A stretch of DNA of 64,000 nucleotides from IMG/VR virus record IMGVR_UViG_3300027728_000568, one strand, 5' to 3'. A model generated the notes under the pieces. It had not been told where the DNA came from. It was given only the letters and a program-made list of their open reading frames with translations, and ran no database searches. Below are positions 37,359 to 47,467 of the stretch, piece after piece. The number at the start of each line of letters is the position of its first letter. Position 1 is the stretch's first letter. Position numbers and translations under genes: made by a program. This stretch comes from an uncultured virus (IMG/VR IMGVR_UViG_3300027728_000568) (lineage: Duplodnaviria > Heunggongvirae > Uroviricota > Caudoviricetes).

Positions 37359-38941
37359 GCAAGTTTGGTTACCGAATAGTTAATAGTGGCTCCAATACCA
37401 GTGTTAGTGGTAGTGGCTTTCCAAGTTACAATACCAGCAGTTTCACTCACAGCAAACGCAACACCAGTGGATGCATTTTGCACACCTGCATCGGATCCTT
37501 GTATATTTGTACCAGCATTGTCTGTTCCAGCCACAATGGTATACACACCAGTTCTGGTATTAACATCTCGAACAATAGTATAGTCAATCTGTACTGCTCT
37601 GATTGCTGTGGAATTAAATGTCAAAATGGTTTGATCGGCTGTGTTGTTAAGCAATGATCCAGTAGCACCAGTTTGTCGCAAATACGTACCTTGTTGTAGT
37701 TGACTGGCTGAATCAAATGCTATGTTGATACCGTTATTGACGTCGATGCGAGGATAAGTGCCAGCATAAACTGTGGTACGTTGAAACATGTCTCCGACGC
37801 TGACATTGTTTTGTCCTATGAAATTAATAACTGATGTTGCCGGCGATGTGGTTCCATTAAAGTGATTGCCCACATCATAAAACGTGTTATAACCACTGGC
37901 ATTCATTCCAGTACCAGCAGCAATTATAATACCTTCAGCATAGATGTTATCGAATACATTGCCTAAGAAACGGAATCCAGTAGGGCCGCCATTTACTGGA
38001 GAAGGATTGCCTAACGACACACCTTGATAGTGTGTATCAAATGTACTTTCTGTAACCAATACACCTTGCACTTGATTGGGGGTCTCAAATGCCCAGGTGG
38101 TACCACCAAATGTACATCGACGGAAAGTGATGTTATTACAGACTAAACTTGCAGTGGAACTAAAATGTACACATGCTGTGCTATCAATTGCAGTTGTTAG
38201 ATCAGGTTGGCCAAGTGATCCTGAAAAACTCACATCTGTGAATGTACACTGTTCGGCATCTTCAACCAGGAATATATCTGCTAGGCCATCGGCTTCAAAT
38301 CCCATATTGGATATTGAAATATCAACTGGAGGTGTGGCGCCATTGTTACCAATATTTACTCCAGTTTGCTGCAAGCTGTCACTGTACACAGCCACAAACT
38401 GACTGGCACTGCTTGCATCTAATACAATAACACTGGAGTTGATCCCTTCACCGCACAACAATGCATAAGGTGGAATTTCAATTGAGCTAGTGACCAAGTA
38501 GCGACCAGCTGGGAAAAATAACGATCTACGTATTTGTGGATTTGATTCTCTACAATACAGTTGAAACAATGCACGATTGATAGCGTCAGTGTCATCAGTT
38601 ACGCCATCGCCCACAGCACCAAAATTCAGTACACTGGCAAATTGGTCTAGCCAGCTTTGCAGTGGAATACTAATTGGACTACCTGACGACGATCCTGTTT
38701 GTACTGTATATCCAGCTGCTGTACCTTGGTAAGTGTATGCTCCGCCTACTAGCAATATGTCACTGTATTCAGTGAGAATTTCTGTATTGCCTATTACAGG
38801 TGCACCATCTTGCAAGGTTCCATTGCCGATGTATAATCGACGTTCGTCGATTGCCCAGCCTAATTCTGCGCCAGCTAGTTGTGGCAGATTTTCTGCTAGA
38901 CCTTTACGATTTGTTATTCGTGATACTTGAACTATTGCCAT
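37355..38941 (-). CDS. Virion structural protein with beta-helix (pectate lyase 3-like) domain
   Basis: GAELGWAID.RRLYIGNG N-terminus; FGAVGDGVTDDTDAI, FFPAGRY; TAAATA upstream. Confidence 0.8.
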   Translation of the reverse strand: MAIVQVSRITNRKGLAENLPQLAGAELGWAIDERRLYIGNGTLQDGAPVIGNTEILTEYSDILLVGGAYTYQGTAAGYTVQTGSSSGSPISIPLQSWLDQFASVLNFGAVGDGVTDDTDAINRALFQLYCRESNPQIRRSLFFPAGRYLVTSSIEIPPYALLCGEGINSSVIVLDASSASQFVAVYSDSLQQTGVNIGNNGATPPVDISISNMGFEADGLADIFLVEDAEQCTFTDVSFSGSLGQPDLTTAIDSTACVHFSSTASLVCNNITFRRCTFGGTTWAFETPNQVQGVLVTESTFDTHYQGVSLGNPSPVNGGPTGFRFLGNVFDNIYAEGIIIAAGTGMNASGYNTFYDVGNHFNGTTSPATSVINFIGQNNVSVGDMFQRTTVYAGTYPRIDVNNGINIAFDSASQLQQGTYLRQTGATGSLLNNTADQTILTFNSTAIRAVQIDYTIVRDVNTRTGVYTIVAGTDNAGTNIQGSDAGVQNASTGVAFAVSETAGIVTWKATTTNTGIGATINYSVTKLA

Positions 38942-38987
38942 GTGAGTCCTGATTCTGTGCTGTATTTAGCCAGAATCCGTCGAGCAA

Positions 38988-39704
38988 CTAAATGTGTTTG
39001 GTATAGTATTCTTCTACCTTGCGCCACCATAAGTTACAATAACGATCGTATTCAGCACCTTCCAATACAAATTCTTGATATTGAGGTGGGCTTATAATAT
39101 TGTGATTGGCGTCAAGATCAGGTTTCACACACATGAGAATCACTCCCTTGCGTATTTTTGTACCATGCAATTCATTGTGAGCTTCTGCATAAGCACATAA
39201 TTGAACAAAGTAATCATCAATCCATTCACGCTTTTTTGGCTTGTTGGATTGTTTGTAATCCAAAATACTTTCTTCATTCAAGTGCAACCCTGCACCATCA
39301 GTGGTACCTGCATATATCTTAGGGAAATATAATGGTACTTCAATACCCCAGAATTCATTTACATTTTTCAATCCATCACGTATTACAGTCTTGGCCATTT
39401 CGTGACTGCTCCAGGAAAATGGATTTGTGCCACGTTCTTTAATTGAGCCTTTTTTCACATAGTCTTCAAGGTACGTGTGCATACGTGTGCCGCGATTGGC
39501 GGCTTCAGTGGTAATCTGTTGTGCCTTTTCTGCACCTACTGCACGCCGCCAATTGTGCAATGCAGCCTTGCTTTCTTCGCTTTTGGTCTTGTCAAGAATG
39601 GTAGTCACCGATGGCAACTTGTTTCCATCTGGTGTGGCATAAAAACGTTTGCCTTCTATTGTGACTCTAGGAATCTCTTGGTAATCAAATTTTGGATTGT
39701 ACAA
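38988..39704 (-). CDS. PD-(D/E)XK exonuclease
   Basis: PSVTTIL, RGTRMH, E..L, AGTTD, DYK, QLCAY; probable TTG start after the iscA stop. Confidence 0.88.
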   Translation of the reverse strand: MYNPKFDYQEIPRVTIEGKRFYATPDGNKLPSVTTILDKTKSEESKAALHNWRRAVGAEKAQQITTEAANRGTRMHTYLEDYVKKGSIKERGTNPFSWSSHEMAKTVIRDGLKNVNEFWGIEVPLYFPKIYAGTTDGAGLHLNEESILDYKQSNKPKKREWIDDYFVQLCAYAEAHNELHGTKIRKGVILMCVKPDLDANHNIISPPQYQEFVLEGAEYDRYCNLWWRKVEEYYTKHI

Positions 39705-39705
39705 A

Positions 39706-40026
39706 TTAAACTCTAAAACTTTCTCCACATCCGCAGCGGTCACGTTCGTTAGGATTGCTGAACTGAAATCCTTCGTTGAGCCCTTGTCTAGTGTAGTCTA
39801 CTTCAAGACCTTGCAGATATGCACCGCTTTTGGGATCAACAAATAATTTACATTTGTTGGAATCAATACATATATCGTCCGGTTGCACAGTGTCTACATA
39901 TTCTAACACATAAGCAAGCCCAGAGCAACCTGTTGTTTTGACTCCCACACGAATACCAATTCCGTGTCCTCGACGTTGAATGGTTTGAGTTATTTTTCGA
40001 GCAGCAGTTTCAGTTATTGTTATCAT
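39706..40026 (-). CDS. iscA: Fe-S cluster assembly A-type carrier
   Basis: TTGCSGLAY, NPN, CGCGESF. Confidence 0.96.
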   Translation of the reverse strand: MITITETAARKITQTIQRRGHGIGIRVGVKTTGCSGLAYVLEYVDTVQPDDICIDSNKCKLFVDPKSGAYLQGLEVDYTRQGLNEGFQFSNPNERDRCGCGESFRV

Positions 40027-41273
40027 TTGATATGTTGATAGTAAGAGTTTTTATCTTCGTCTGACAGCAGATCCCATAATTTTTTATTGTTAAAACTCAG
40101 ATCAGTCTTGGTTAGATTATCCCATTTTGCAGTAGTTGATATGTAAGTATCCCAATCGATCTCTGAAAAAGTATCACTAGTTAATTGATCTAAGAGAGAT
40201 TGTATGCTTTTTTTAAAAACTTGATTCCTATTGAATAACGAATGCCCTTGTAATAATATCTCCTGAATCTGTACTGCTAATTTTTTCCGCAGATACAATG
40301 GCAGGGCTAACAATGACAAATGATCACATTCTGACAGCGAGTTGTCAAATATTTTAATATCACGCCCGGAGATATTAAACTTCCCAAAATAATCTAAAAA
40401 TTCTTTAAGATAGGCTATATTGTTAATATAAAAAGTTGGAGTGATGTGCAAATTAACATTCGAATATGTTTCCGCTAACAATTTAAATTTTTGCAAATTA
40501 TTGTGTATCTTTTCAAATTTCACTGGATATCTTACATATACAAAGTTATCATCATCAGTTGAATCAACACTTATAGCAAACGATAAACTTTTAAAATTAT
40601 TAGGCCATTTGTTAAAAATTTCTTCAAGAAACACTGATCCATTTGTGCCTATTTGCAAATTAATCTTGTTGCTGAGCTTTTCTTCTTGTAACCAGTCGGT
40701 TAGCATGTACAGGTCTGATTGGATAGTTCCTTCACCGCCCATAATGATTAATTTAAAATCTTCGTGCTGGTTGCTTATTTCTCTTATGTTAGTTTTTAAT
40801 GTTTCAAAATACATTGGATCATTACCAATGGATTTAGGTACCGTTTGGTTGGTGTTCCATATTGAATCATATAAGCTACTGGTATTAGCATTACATATTC
40901 TACAGGCCATATTGCATTTGTTACTAAATGTAACAAACATAAGAAAGTTATCAATTTTTTTAGTTGTTAAAAATTTATTCAACTCTCGAGGACTTAAAGA
41001 AGCTAACGCCCGTTGTCTACCGCTAAACTGATTGTTAGTTTCTTTTTTATGACATAAATGACAATTTTTATCAATCTTCCTTGATTCAATATGTTGTTTG
41101 ACTTCGGCGATAGGGTTATCACCAGCGGATCGATACCAGCAACAAGGATCTTGTTTAATCGAACTAAAGTGAACACCTAAATTAGAATATGGTATTACAC
41201 ATATATGTTGATTGTCCATTGACCATTGATTAAACTCCACGCTGTAGTCAAATGTTGTACTATGCGGAATCAT
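40023..41273 (-). CDS. Radical SAM protein with N-terminal Cys-rich (twitch-like) domain
   Basis: CNMACRIC, GGE, TNGS, SVD; N-terminal CVIP..PCC..CHLC. Confidence 0.85.
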   Translation of the reverse strand: MIPHSTTFDYSVEFNQWSMDNQHICVIPYSNLGVHFSSIKQDPCCWYRSAGDNPIAEVKQHIESRKIDKNCHLCHKKETNNQFSGRQRALASLSPRELNKFLTTKKIDNFLMFVTFSNKCNMACRICNANTSSLYDSIWNTNQTVPKSIGNDPMYFETLKTNIREISNQHEDFKLIIMGGEGTIQSDLYMLTDWLQEEKLSNKINLQIGTNGSVFLEEIFNKWPNNFKSLSFAISVDSTDDDNFVYVRYPVKFEKIHNNLQKFKLLAETYSNVNLHITPTFYINNIAYLKEFLDYFGKFNISGRDIKIFDNSLSECDHLSLLALPLYLRKKLAVQIQEILLQGHSLFNRNQVFKKSIQSLLDQLTSDTFSEIDWDTYISTTAKWDNLTKTDLSFNNKKLWDLLSDEDKNSYYQHIK

Positions 41274-41648
41274 TTAATGCTTGCTCTTGTAATCAATTAT
41301 TGCTGCTTTGATCGCATCTTCTGCAAGTATTGAACAATGAATTTTAACTGGGGGGAGGGCAAGCTCGCCAGCAATCTCGCTATTCGTAATCTCTGCCGCT
41401 TGGGCAAGTGTCCGTCCTTTGACCCATTCAGTAACCAGCGAACTCGACGCAATCGCGCTTCCGCAACCATACGTTTTAAATCTTGCATCTGTGATAATTC
41501 CATCAGTTACTTTTATGCTCAATTGCAAAACATCACCGCAACTTGGTGCTCCAACGAGTCCTATCCCGACTCCCTCTTCGTCTTTTTTATAAGATCCAAC
41601 ATTTCTTGGATTATTATAATGATCGAGAACAGCTTCACTATACGCCAT
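41274..41648 (-). CDS. iscU: Fe-S cluster scaffold
   Basis: NPRNVG, APSCGD, YGCGSAIASSS, LPPVKIHCS. Confidence 0.97.
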   Translation of the reverse strand: MAYSEAVLDHYNNPRNVGSYKKDEEGVGIGLVGAPSCGDVLQLSIKVTDGIITDARFKTYGCGSAIASSSLVTEWVKGRTLAQAAEITNSEIAGELALPPVKIHCSILAEDAIKAAIIDYKSKH

Positions 41649-42234
41649 ACTTATCTCCTATTATAGATTTTACTACATCGTCTGATTGAAAATAATCCCA
41701 TTTGGATCTATTCTCTTCTCCTAGTATATACCTTAAATTTTTCCTTCCTCCAATTACGGTAGGATCTATACCTAATGTGTATCCTTGCCTGTAAGGAATG
41801 ATATGATCAAGTTGATAATCAGTTTTCCTTTTTCCAGTTATTTTAGCTGTTCCTTCTTTTTTCATAGCATACACAGTTCTATAAGTTGCTTTCTGGCATT
41901 CTCTTTTGTATGCAGTGAAATTATCATCTACATAGTTTTTAGGTCTGAGATTATTCAGTTTACCATTTTTGTTAGGATTATCAATTAACCACTTTTCTCG
42001 TTGTCTTTCATTTGGAATACCTTTGTTCCACCCATGTCCTTTAGCAAGCCCCGATGTGTTTTGTTTTGCTTTTTGGTCATCATTGAGTTTAACACCCTTA
42101 TTCCATGGAATGTGGCCTGGTCTGTTATGTGGATTTTTACACGGTTGAGAACAATATTCAAGTAACCGCGGCTTAGTAATAAATTTGTTACCGCAGAATA
42201 AACATATTTTTTGTATACCATACTTGTTTTTCAT
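41638..42234 (-). mobile_element. Putative HNH homing endonuclease with NUMOD3-like repeats
   Basis: CxxC..CxxxC, two WNKG motifs, LDHIIP...NL..N..K; own TAAATA; AT-rich. Confidence 0.7.
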
Positions 42235-42271
42235 ACAAGTATTTATGATAGGCGCACCAGTCTGTGCAGGG

Positions 42272-42619
42272 TTAAACGCTGCGATCTTTTTTCATTGCGG
42301 ATTGTGCGGCTTGTGCTACAATATCTTGTGCTTGATTAACTGGCATGGTGACTGGTCCAGGCTTATCGCCACCTTTGAATATTAGTTCTGTAGCGTCGGG
42401 ACTCATTGGCTCAATCAAACCACTCAATGGAGGTTGTCCAATTAAGGTTTGCAAAGTGTCGGGAGTGATATCTACGCCCATACTTTGTGCTCGATTGATA
42501 AATGCCTGCACTGGCATTTGCATCTTGGCAGAAGTGTCTTGTGCTCTACCCACAGCAAACTTGGCCAAGGCCATGAGTTTGTCTGCGGTAGCATCTGCTT
42601 CTACTTCGTTGATTCGCAT
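42272..42619 (-). CDS. Hypothetical late protein
   Basis: TAATG coupling; MRINEV start. Confidence 0.7.
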   Translation of the reverse strand: MRINEVEADATADKLMALAKFAVGRAQDTSAKMQMPVQAFINRAQSMGVDITPDTLQTLIGQPPLSGLIEPMSPDATELIFKGGDKPGPVTMPVNQAQDIVAQAAQSAMKKDRSV

Positions 42620-43518
42620 TATCTGCGCTCGCGTCCTAGTGCTGCGGCCGGTGCGGCTGCACCTGGTTCAACGGCTGCTATTTCAATTTCTTCTTCGCCT
42701 GGCGCAGGACCTGCTAGTCCCATATCTCCTTCTGGAGGGGACATACCTGCATCGGCTCCTGGCATTTCTACAGGACCTTGCCCAGTTACAACACCCAATG
42801 CTTGTTCTAGCTGTTGCTTGCTGCTTTGCAAATTCTGCACTAGACCACTCAATGCCGCTTGTGCATCACTGTTAAACTGTGCAGCTTGGTTAGCCCCAAT
42901 TTGATTCTTGATCGAATCCACTAATGCTGGCAATTCTTTGAATTGCATCTCGGTGCTGTCTTCAATCATGTCTTGCAGTTTGTCAACCATATCTTGTGCG
43001 GCCAATACAACTTGAGCTTGTTGCACTTCACTTTCGCTGAGATAGTAACCGTAGCCTTGCGCACGTAATCGAAGTTTGGTTTCTTGTACCGAAGTAGTGG
43101 TGTTAATACTGTTGAGTTCGTTCTGCTTATCAGTTACTTGTTTTTTCAAATCGTCAAGTTCTTGTTGCACCTGCTTTTTTTGATCCATCTTTTGCTTCAC
43201 AGCCATAGCAGCGGCCTGTTGAGGATTTACACCAGGAGCTGCTCCTGGTGCAGTAGTTGCGACCATTTCGGCTTCGTAGATCTTTTCAGCTAATGCTTGT
43301 TCCATCATCATGAGCTTGAGATAAGCTGGATTCTTTTGGCTGGTATGACGAGCAGAACTGCTGCGCACTTCACTTAACACACCTCGTACCTGGCGATACA
43401 TGTTATGCAGTTGTTTGCGATTCAAAGTATCAAAGTTGACCGATTGATCAAAATGACTTTCAAATACTTTAGAGATTTGTCGTGTAGGGCGTGTTACGGC
43501 CAATTCGTTTAGTTTCAT
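42619..43518 (-). CDS. Coiled-coil late protein (possible head/internal protein)
   Basis: MKLNEL start; coiled coils; acidic Pro/Gly/Ala tail; TAAATA and GAGG upstream. Confidence 0.7.
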   Translation of the reverse strand: MKLNELAVTRPTRQISKVFESHFDQSVNFDTLNRKQLHNMYRQVRGVLSEVRSSSARHTSQKNPAYLKLMMMEQALAEKIYEAEMVATTAPGAAPGVNPQQAAAMAVKQKMDQKKQVQQELDDLKKQVTDKQNELNSINTTTSVQETKLRLRAQGYGYYLSESEVQQAQVVLAAQDMVDKLQDMIEDSTEMQFKELPALVDSIKNQIGANQAAQFNSDAQAALSGLVQNLQSSKQQLEQALGVVTGQGPVEMPGADAGMSPPEGDMGLAGPAPGEEEIEIAAVEPGAAAPAAALGRERR

Positions 43519-43960
43519 TTGAGTTTCCTCGTAGTTGCCAGTATTTAGCCAAATTTATACATTTTGCTAGTTCTTTTTCTAGGACCTGAGTATATTCTTG
43601 CCTAGCACTTGTTTTATTAATCAAGTTTTCCCATGTGTTTCCGGCTGTGCGATCAGCCAATGCACGACGTACATATATGTCATTGCGCAATCTAACGACA
43701 GATTGATCTAATTCTTTTATTTGTCTAGCCAAGTTGAAATGATGTAGATTATCTGCTATGCACCAAGCCAATGCAGATTTGGTAGCAGAAAATGTGCCAA
43801 TCTCATCATCACGCTGACAAACTTGAAATCCTGCAGGTACAGGGTATATGGTGTATTTGCCAAATACTCGATACTTCTTGCCATCTTCTATAATTACTTT
43901 GTTTAAAAGCAGCGGCAACTCTTGTTCTGCTAATGCAGCCAATTTACGACTGGCTTTCAT
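43469..43960 (-). CDS. Hypothetical protein
   Basis: ATGA overlap with the upstream ORF. Confidence 0.7.
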   Translation of the reverse strand: MKASRKLAALAEQELPLLLNKVIIEDGKKYRVFGKYTIYPVPAGFQVCQRDDEIGTFSATKSALAWCIADNLHHFNLARQIKELDQSVVRLRNDIYVRRALADRTAGNTWENLINKTSARQEYTQVLEKELAKCINLAKYWQLRGNSNETKRIGRNTPYTTNL

Positions 43961-44217
43961 TTGAATACGTAGTTTGTTAGCATCCAACCCACAGTGGCCA
44001 CAAGGAATCCAATTATAGCTATTCCCCACCCAACGAGTTGATCATTACGTTTGGCTGACATGGTATGCACCATTTCATGCACTGACTCTACCATGACTTT
44101 TACCGATTCGATTCCTGATTCAACAGTTTGAATTTTGAGTTCTAGCATGCGATAACGTTCGGCACAAAGCTCAACGTGCGCCTCTAAACTTTTCTTCTCG
44201 ATGTCTGTGGTGTCCAT
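43957..44217 (-). CDS. Small coiled-coil protein with C-terminal TM helix
   Basis: LEAHVELCAERY, coiled coil, one C-terminal TM. Confidence 0.7.
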   Translation of the reverse strand: MDTTDIEKKSLEAHVELCAERYRMLELKIQTVESGIESVKVMVESVHEMVHTMSAKRNDQLVGWGIAIIGFLVATVGWMLTNYVFK

Positions 44218-44220
44218 GAG

Positions 44221-44631
44221 TTATTTATGGTTCAACGGTTCAAACCAGATGTTAACATCTGGACGTAGTAATGTAGTCAATTGTTGCTCAACATAGTTAA
44301 TGATAGGTACACCATCGCAGGCTTGTCGTAATCTTCCCACAGGATCATTTTCCACTGCAAACACATCATCAAATTCTGTATCAAACTCAAATTGCCAACG
44401 TTGGTCTTTGATTCTCACACGAGACACTCGTACTGGTTGTGTGTAAAGACCAATCAACTGCATGATAGTTTCCCAGTTGCGTTGTTGGTTACGACTGCGA
44501 ACCCATGTGGATACGTCAGTTACTTGCTGCCCCAGCTGATCCGTAAACGGCAGCAAATTTTCTCTTAGATGTCCGGTAACTCCAGTGGGTCTGCAATCAA
44601 AGTCAGTGGTTATTTGTATACTCAATGTCAT
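44221..44631 (-). CDS. Hypothetical protein
   Basis: RNQQRNWETIMQ; TAAATA 4 nt upstream. Confidence 0.7.
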   Translation of the reverse strand: MTLSIQITTDFDCRPTGVTGHLRENLLPFTDQLGQQVTDVSTWVRSRNQQRNWETIMQLIGLYTQPVRVSRVRIKDQRWQFEFDTEFDDVFAVENDPVGRLRQACDGVPIINYVEQQLTTLLRPDVNIWFEPLNHK

Positions 44632-44646
44632 ATGGTATTTACGACC

Positions 44647-44678
44647 AAAAAAAAGCCCTGGAAATAAACCAGGGCCTT
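44647..44678 (-). terminator. Intrinsic terminator
   Basis: Minus strand GCCCTGG-loop-CCAGGGC followed by T7. Confidence 0.8.
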
Positions 44679-44699
44679 GATTTTTGCTACCGCTTAGAA

Positions 44700-45131
44700 T
44701 TAAGTCGGAGCAAAGTTGGTTGCGCTTGTGACAAACACAGCATTACCTGCGCATGAGCTCAATTCCAGGTTCTGACCACCTGAAGCCACAGTAGCACTGG
44801 TATTAGCAGTAGCTAGCAATGTGACGTTGGTGTAAGCACCTGTGGGATACACAGCCAAGTTCAACACTGTAGGTGCTGCTGGGCTAACTTGATACATGGC
44901 CACTGTGGCTTTGGTCTGAATAGCTTGCATCAGGTTGTTGATGTAGCCATTGACGTTACCGGATGTGGTCAATGAACCATTGGCTACCAAGCTGAAAAAG
45001 TCCAGCTTAGGGCCTTGGAAGTTAACTGAGCCTGTGGCTGCAATGTTAGCTGTACCTTGAATGTTACCATTCGCAGTGTCCATGTGGAATACTGGTTGTG
45101 TAGTTCCGTTTACTCTTGTAAATACTGCCAT
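44700..45131 (-). CDS. Putative virion structural protein
   Basis: Own TAAATA, AGGAG RBS and terminator; Ala/Thr/Asn-rich. Confidence 0.65.
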   Translation of the reverse strand: MAVFTRVNGTTQPVFHMDTANGNIQGTANIAATGSVNFQGPKLDFFSLVANGSLTTSGNVNGYINNLMQAIQTKATVAMYQVSPAAPTVLNLAVYPTGAYTNVTLLATANTSATVASGGQNLELSSCAGNAVFVTSATNFAPT

Positions 45132-45191
45132 TTTAAAATCTCCTAGTTAGTGGGTTTTTGCCCTACACTTATTTATGAATTTGGCAAAAAA

Positions 45192-47168
45192 TTAGGCAGT
45201 TGGCGGATTGTTTCTGGCTTTATTTCGAGCAGTAAAATCAAACCTATTCACTGCTTTGCCATAGCCTGCAGGGGTAGCAAATACCCATCCTTCGTTGCCG
45301 GGCACTTGCGTATCCAGCTGCGACAACAGATCTAGTTTTAAATCATGCAATAGTTCAAACAACAAGAATGCAGCAGCCAAGGCCTGTTCATTTGAAGTAG
45401 GGCTACGCAGGTATTGTGCAATGTTGTTTACTTTCTGCGGAGTTTGAGTTTGTTGTAACCATGATAAAAATCCTGGAACTAGATCACTGAAATCACCAGT
45501 ATACGCAGCATGATTTGGATCCACACGTTTGTTAATATAATCCACTGCCAATTTGGCCAAGTCGGTTATTTTCATAGCACGTAGTTCAGTGGGATTAAAC
45601 AACGTATCCAATACTGCACGATTCTGACGTAACAGTGTTTTGATCTGTTTGACTATGGCATCGTTCTTTGGTACAGGTTTGGCGTAGATAGGTTCAATCA
45701 GCAACAATCCTGGCACAGGATTAAACTTGACTCTACTGAGTGGTTGTTTGGACGCACCTGCATCTTCATACATGGTATGTACTGCCACACCCACATCGCT
45801 GTTGGCAATTTGCTGTCCTAGCTTGCTACCAGCAGGAATACGATACTGTACTGTGTTAGGTTGGAATACTAAATTTCCAGCCTCCACAGGCGGGGTTTGT
45901 GTGTATAACAGATCACCTTTGACAAAACCACGAAAGTTGGTAGGGGTAGCTGCTTCAAGATATGGCCAAATAGTTTGATATACTGGTAGTAATGTGTTTA
46001 CTCTAGTGGCTGCATTACCTTTGGCTGCTGCATTGGCATCTCTGCGAGCCATATCGTCAGCGATGGCATCCGGACTGGTAAACAATCCGTCATATCCGGC
46101 GGCAGTGAATCCTGCATCATCTGTAAGCACAAACTCGCCGGTCTCGGGCTTTCTACCAAATACCACAGCAGGTTTACCGTCCCATTTTACTGATCCAGTT
46201 TTGGAATTTTCATAGAATGAATCTGCAATAGCCAATGCTCGATCCACACCCGCAGTGCCCTGGCGGAACACATAGTCTTCTAGGTGTTCAATACCCTTGG
46301 CTTTGCCGCCGATTGCAGCAGGTTCTTGCTCGTACAGTTGATATATTTTCTTGGTTTCAATCAACGGCATCATGCCTTGATTTACAATTCTATCACGTAG
46401 TCTTGCCAAAAAGTTAACATCATTTTCCTTGACTGTGGTAGTAGGCTCCTGAAGTTCTTCACGTGCCAGATATTCGCGGAAGTCTGCTAGCTTGGTATCT
46501 CGTGAAGGGTCTTGTGCCAATGCAGCATAAATGGATTCTACATTCTTTAGATTCTCACGGTCGGCACCTTGCCCTAGCAGCACACTTGCCACGTAGTCAG
46601 GATCCATACCACCATCCACTAGCTGATTTGTGGTGCGAGAGAACATACCATTGGCACCCACTTTGAGTCCCAGTTGCTTGGCTATGCTGCTCATTAGCAC
46701 ATTGCGGTTCATTCCTTTGTATGCAGAATCTGTGCCGCCAGCATAAAAGAATTGGCCCCAATCCAAATTAGGGAAAAACATAAAATCTGTTTGTACAAAG
46801 CCTTTGTTGGAATCGCCTGCAATAGGTGTTCGCAAGTGTACTTCGCCGCCCTTTTTGACCCACTCTCTAGGATCAAGTTCTTGACTCTGCACAAACTGTG
46901 TGAGAATAGCAGCCAATTGTTCTTTGCTGATCTCATTGAGATCCACAGCTAGATCCAAATCGCCTGATGTGGGCTTTTTACCTGTGCTGCCCAACCAACG
47001 TAGTGGTATGCCATCTGACCCTTTTTCTGTAGTAAAGTCTATACCGGTGACTTGTTCGATCCAATCAATTGTGGCTGGCACATCTTGCAGATTGATACGT
47101 TGGGTTAATGACTCACCCGATTTGGTTTTGAATACGTTGCCACCTTCAAGTAGCTGTTTAATTTGCAT
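45192..47168 (-). CDS. Pol-beta-type nucleotidyltransferase fused to a ligase-like KxDG domain
   Basis: N: LGSTGKKPTSGDLDLAVD, VQTD; C: HLED, KWDG, KGDLLY, EGWV, KAVNR. Confidence 0.75.
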   Translation of the reverse strand: MQIKQLLEGGNVFKTKSGESLTQRINLQDVPATIDWIEQVTGIDFTTEKGSDGIPLRWLGSTGKKPTSGDLDLAVDLNEISKEQLAAILTQFVQSQELDPREWVKKGGEVHLRTPIAGDSNKGFVQTDFMFFPNLDWGQFFYAGGTDSAYKGMNRNVLMSSIAKQLGLKVGANGMFSRTTNQLVDGGMDPDYVASVLLGQGADRENLKNVESIYAALAQDPSRDTKLADFREYLAREELQEPTTTVKENDVNFLARLRDRIVNQGMMPLIETKKIYQLYEQEPAAIGGKAKGIEHLEDYVFRQGTAGVDRALAIADSFYENSKTGSVKWDGKPAVVFGRKPETGEFVLTDDAGFTAAGYDGLFTSPDAIADDMARRDANAAAKGNAATRVNTLLPVYQTIWPYLEAATPTNFRGFVKGDLLYTQTPPVEAGNLVFQPNTVQYRIPAGSKLGQQIANSDVGVAVHTMYEDAGASKQPLSRVKFNPVPGLLLIEPIYAKPVPKNDAIVKQIKTLLRQNRAVLDTLFNPTELRAMKITDLAKLAVDYINKRVDPNHAAYTGDFSDLVPGFLSWLQQTQTPQKVNNIAQYLRSPTSNEQALAAAFLLFELLHDLKLDLLSQLDTQVPGNEGWVFATPAGYGKAVNRFDFTARNKARNNPPTA

Positions 47169-47403
47169 TGCTGCGCCTCACTGTTCTTGCAAACTTACTT
47201 GTATCACGAGTACGGATAGCATTGAGTAATTTGCGTGTTAAATTTTCTGCTTGTTCCTGTGTGTACGAAGCATCAATCTGTTCTAATAGATTGATTGCAC
47301 CGGCAATGATATTTGCAGCACGACTCTCTATCACTAGGTCGCGTTCACGCTCAATGTACATAGAATCTAATTCTTCTAATAGACTACGAGTTCGTTTCTG
47401 CAT
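47158..47403 (-). CDS. Hypothetical late protein
   Basis: TRSLLEEL; TAAATA upstream. Confidence 0.7.
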   Translation of the reverse strand: MQKRTRSLLEELDSMYIERERDLVIESRAANIIAGAINLLEQIDASYTQEQAENLTRKLLNAIRTRDTSKFARTVRRSNAN

Positions 47404-47467
47404 ATGGATAAAGGCCTTTGGATTATTTATTTAAATTTGCACATACAACTTATTAATTAAATACCTG

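Noticed and set aside
38988..39704. Cas4 of a CRISPR system
   Set aside because: No Fe-S cysteine set, other cas genes or array; better read as a stand-alone phage exonuclease
40441..41031. 196-aa plus-strand ORF
   Set aside because: Antisense shadow of the radical SAM gene
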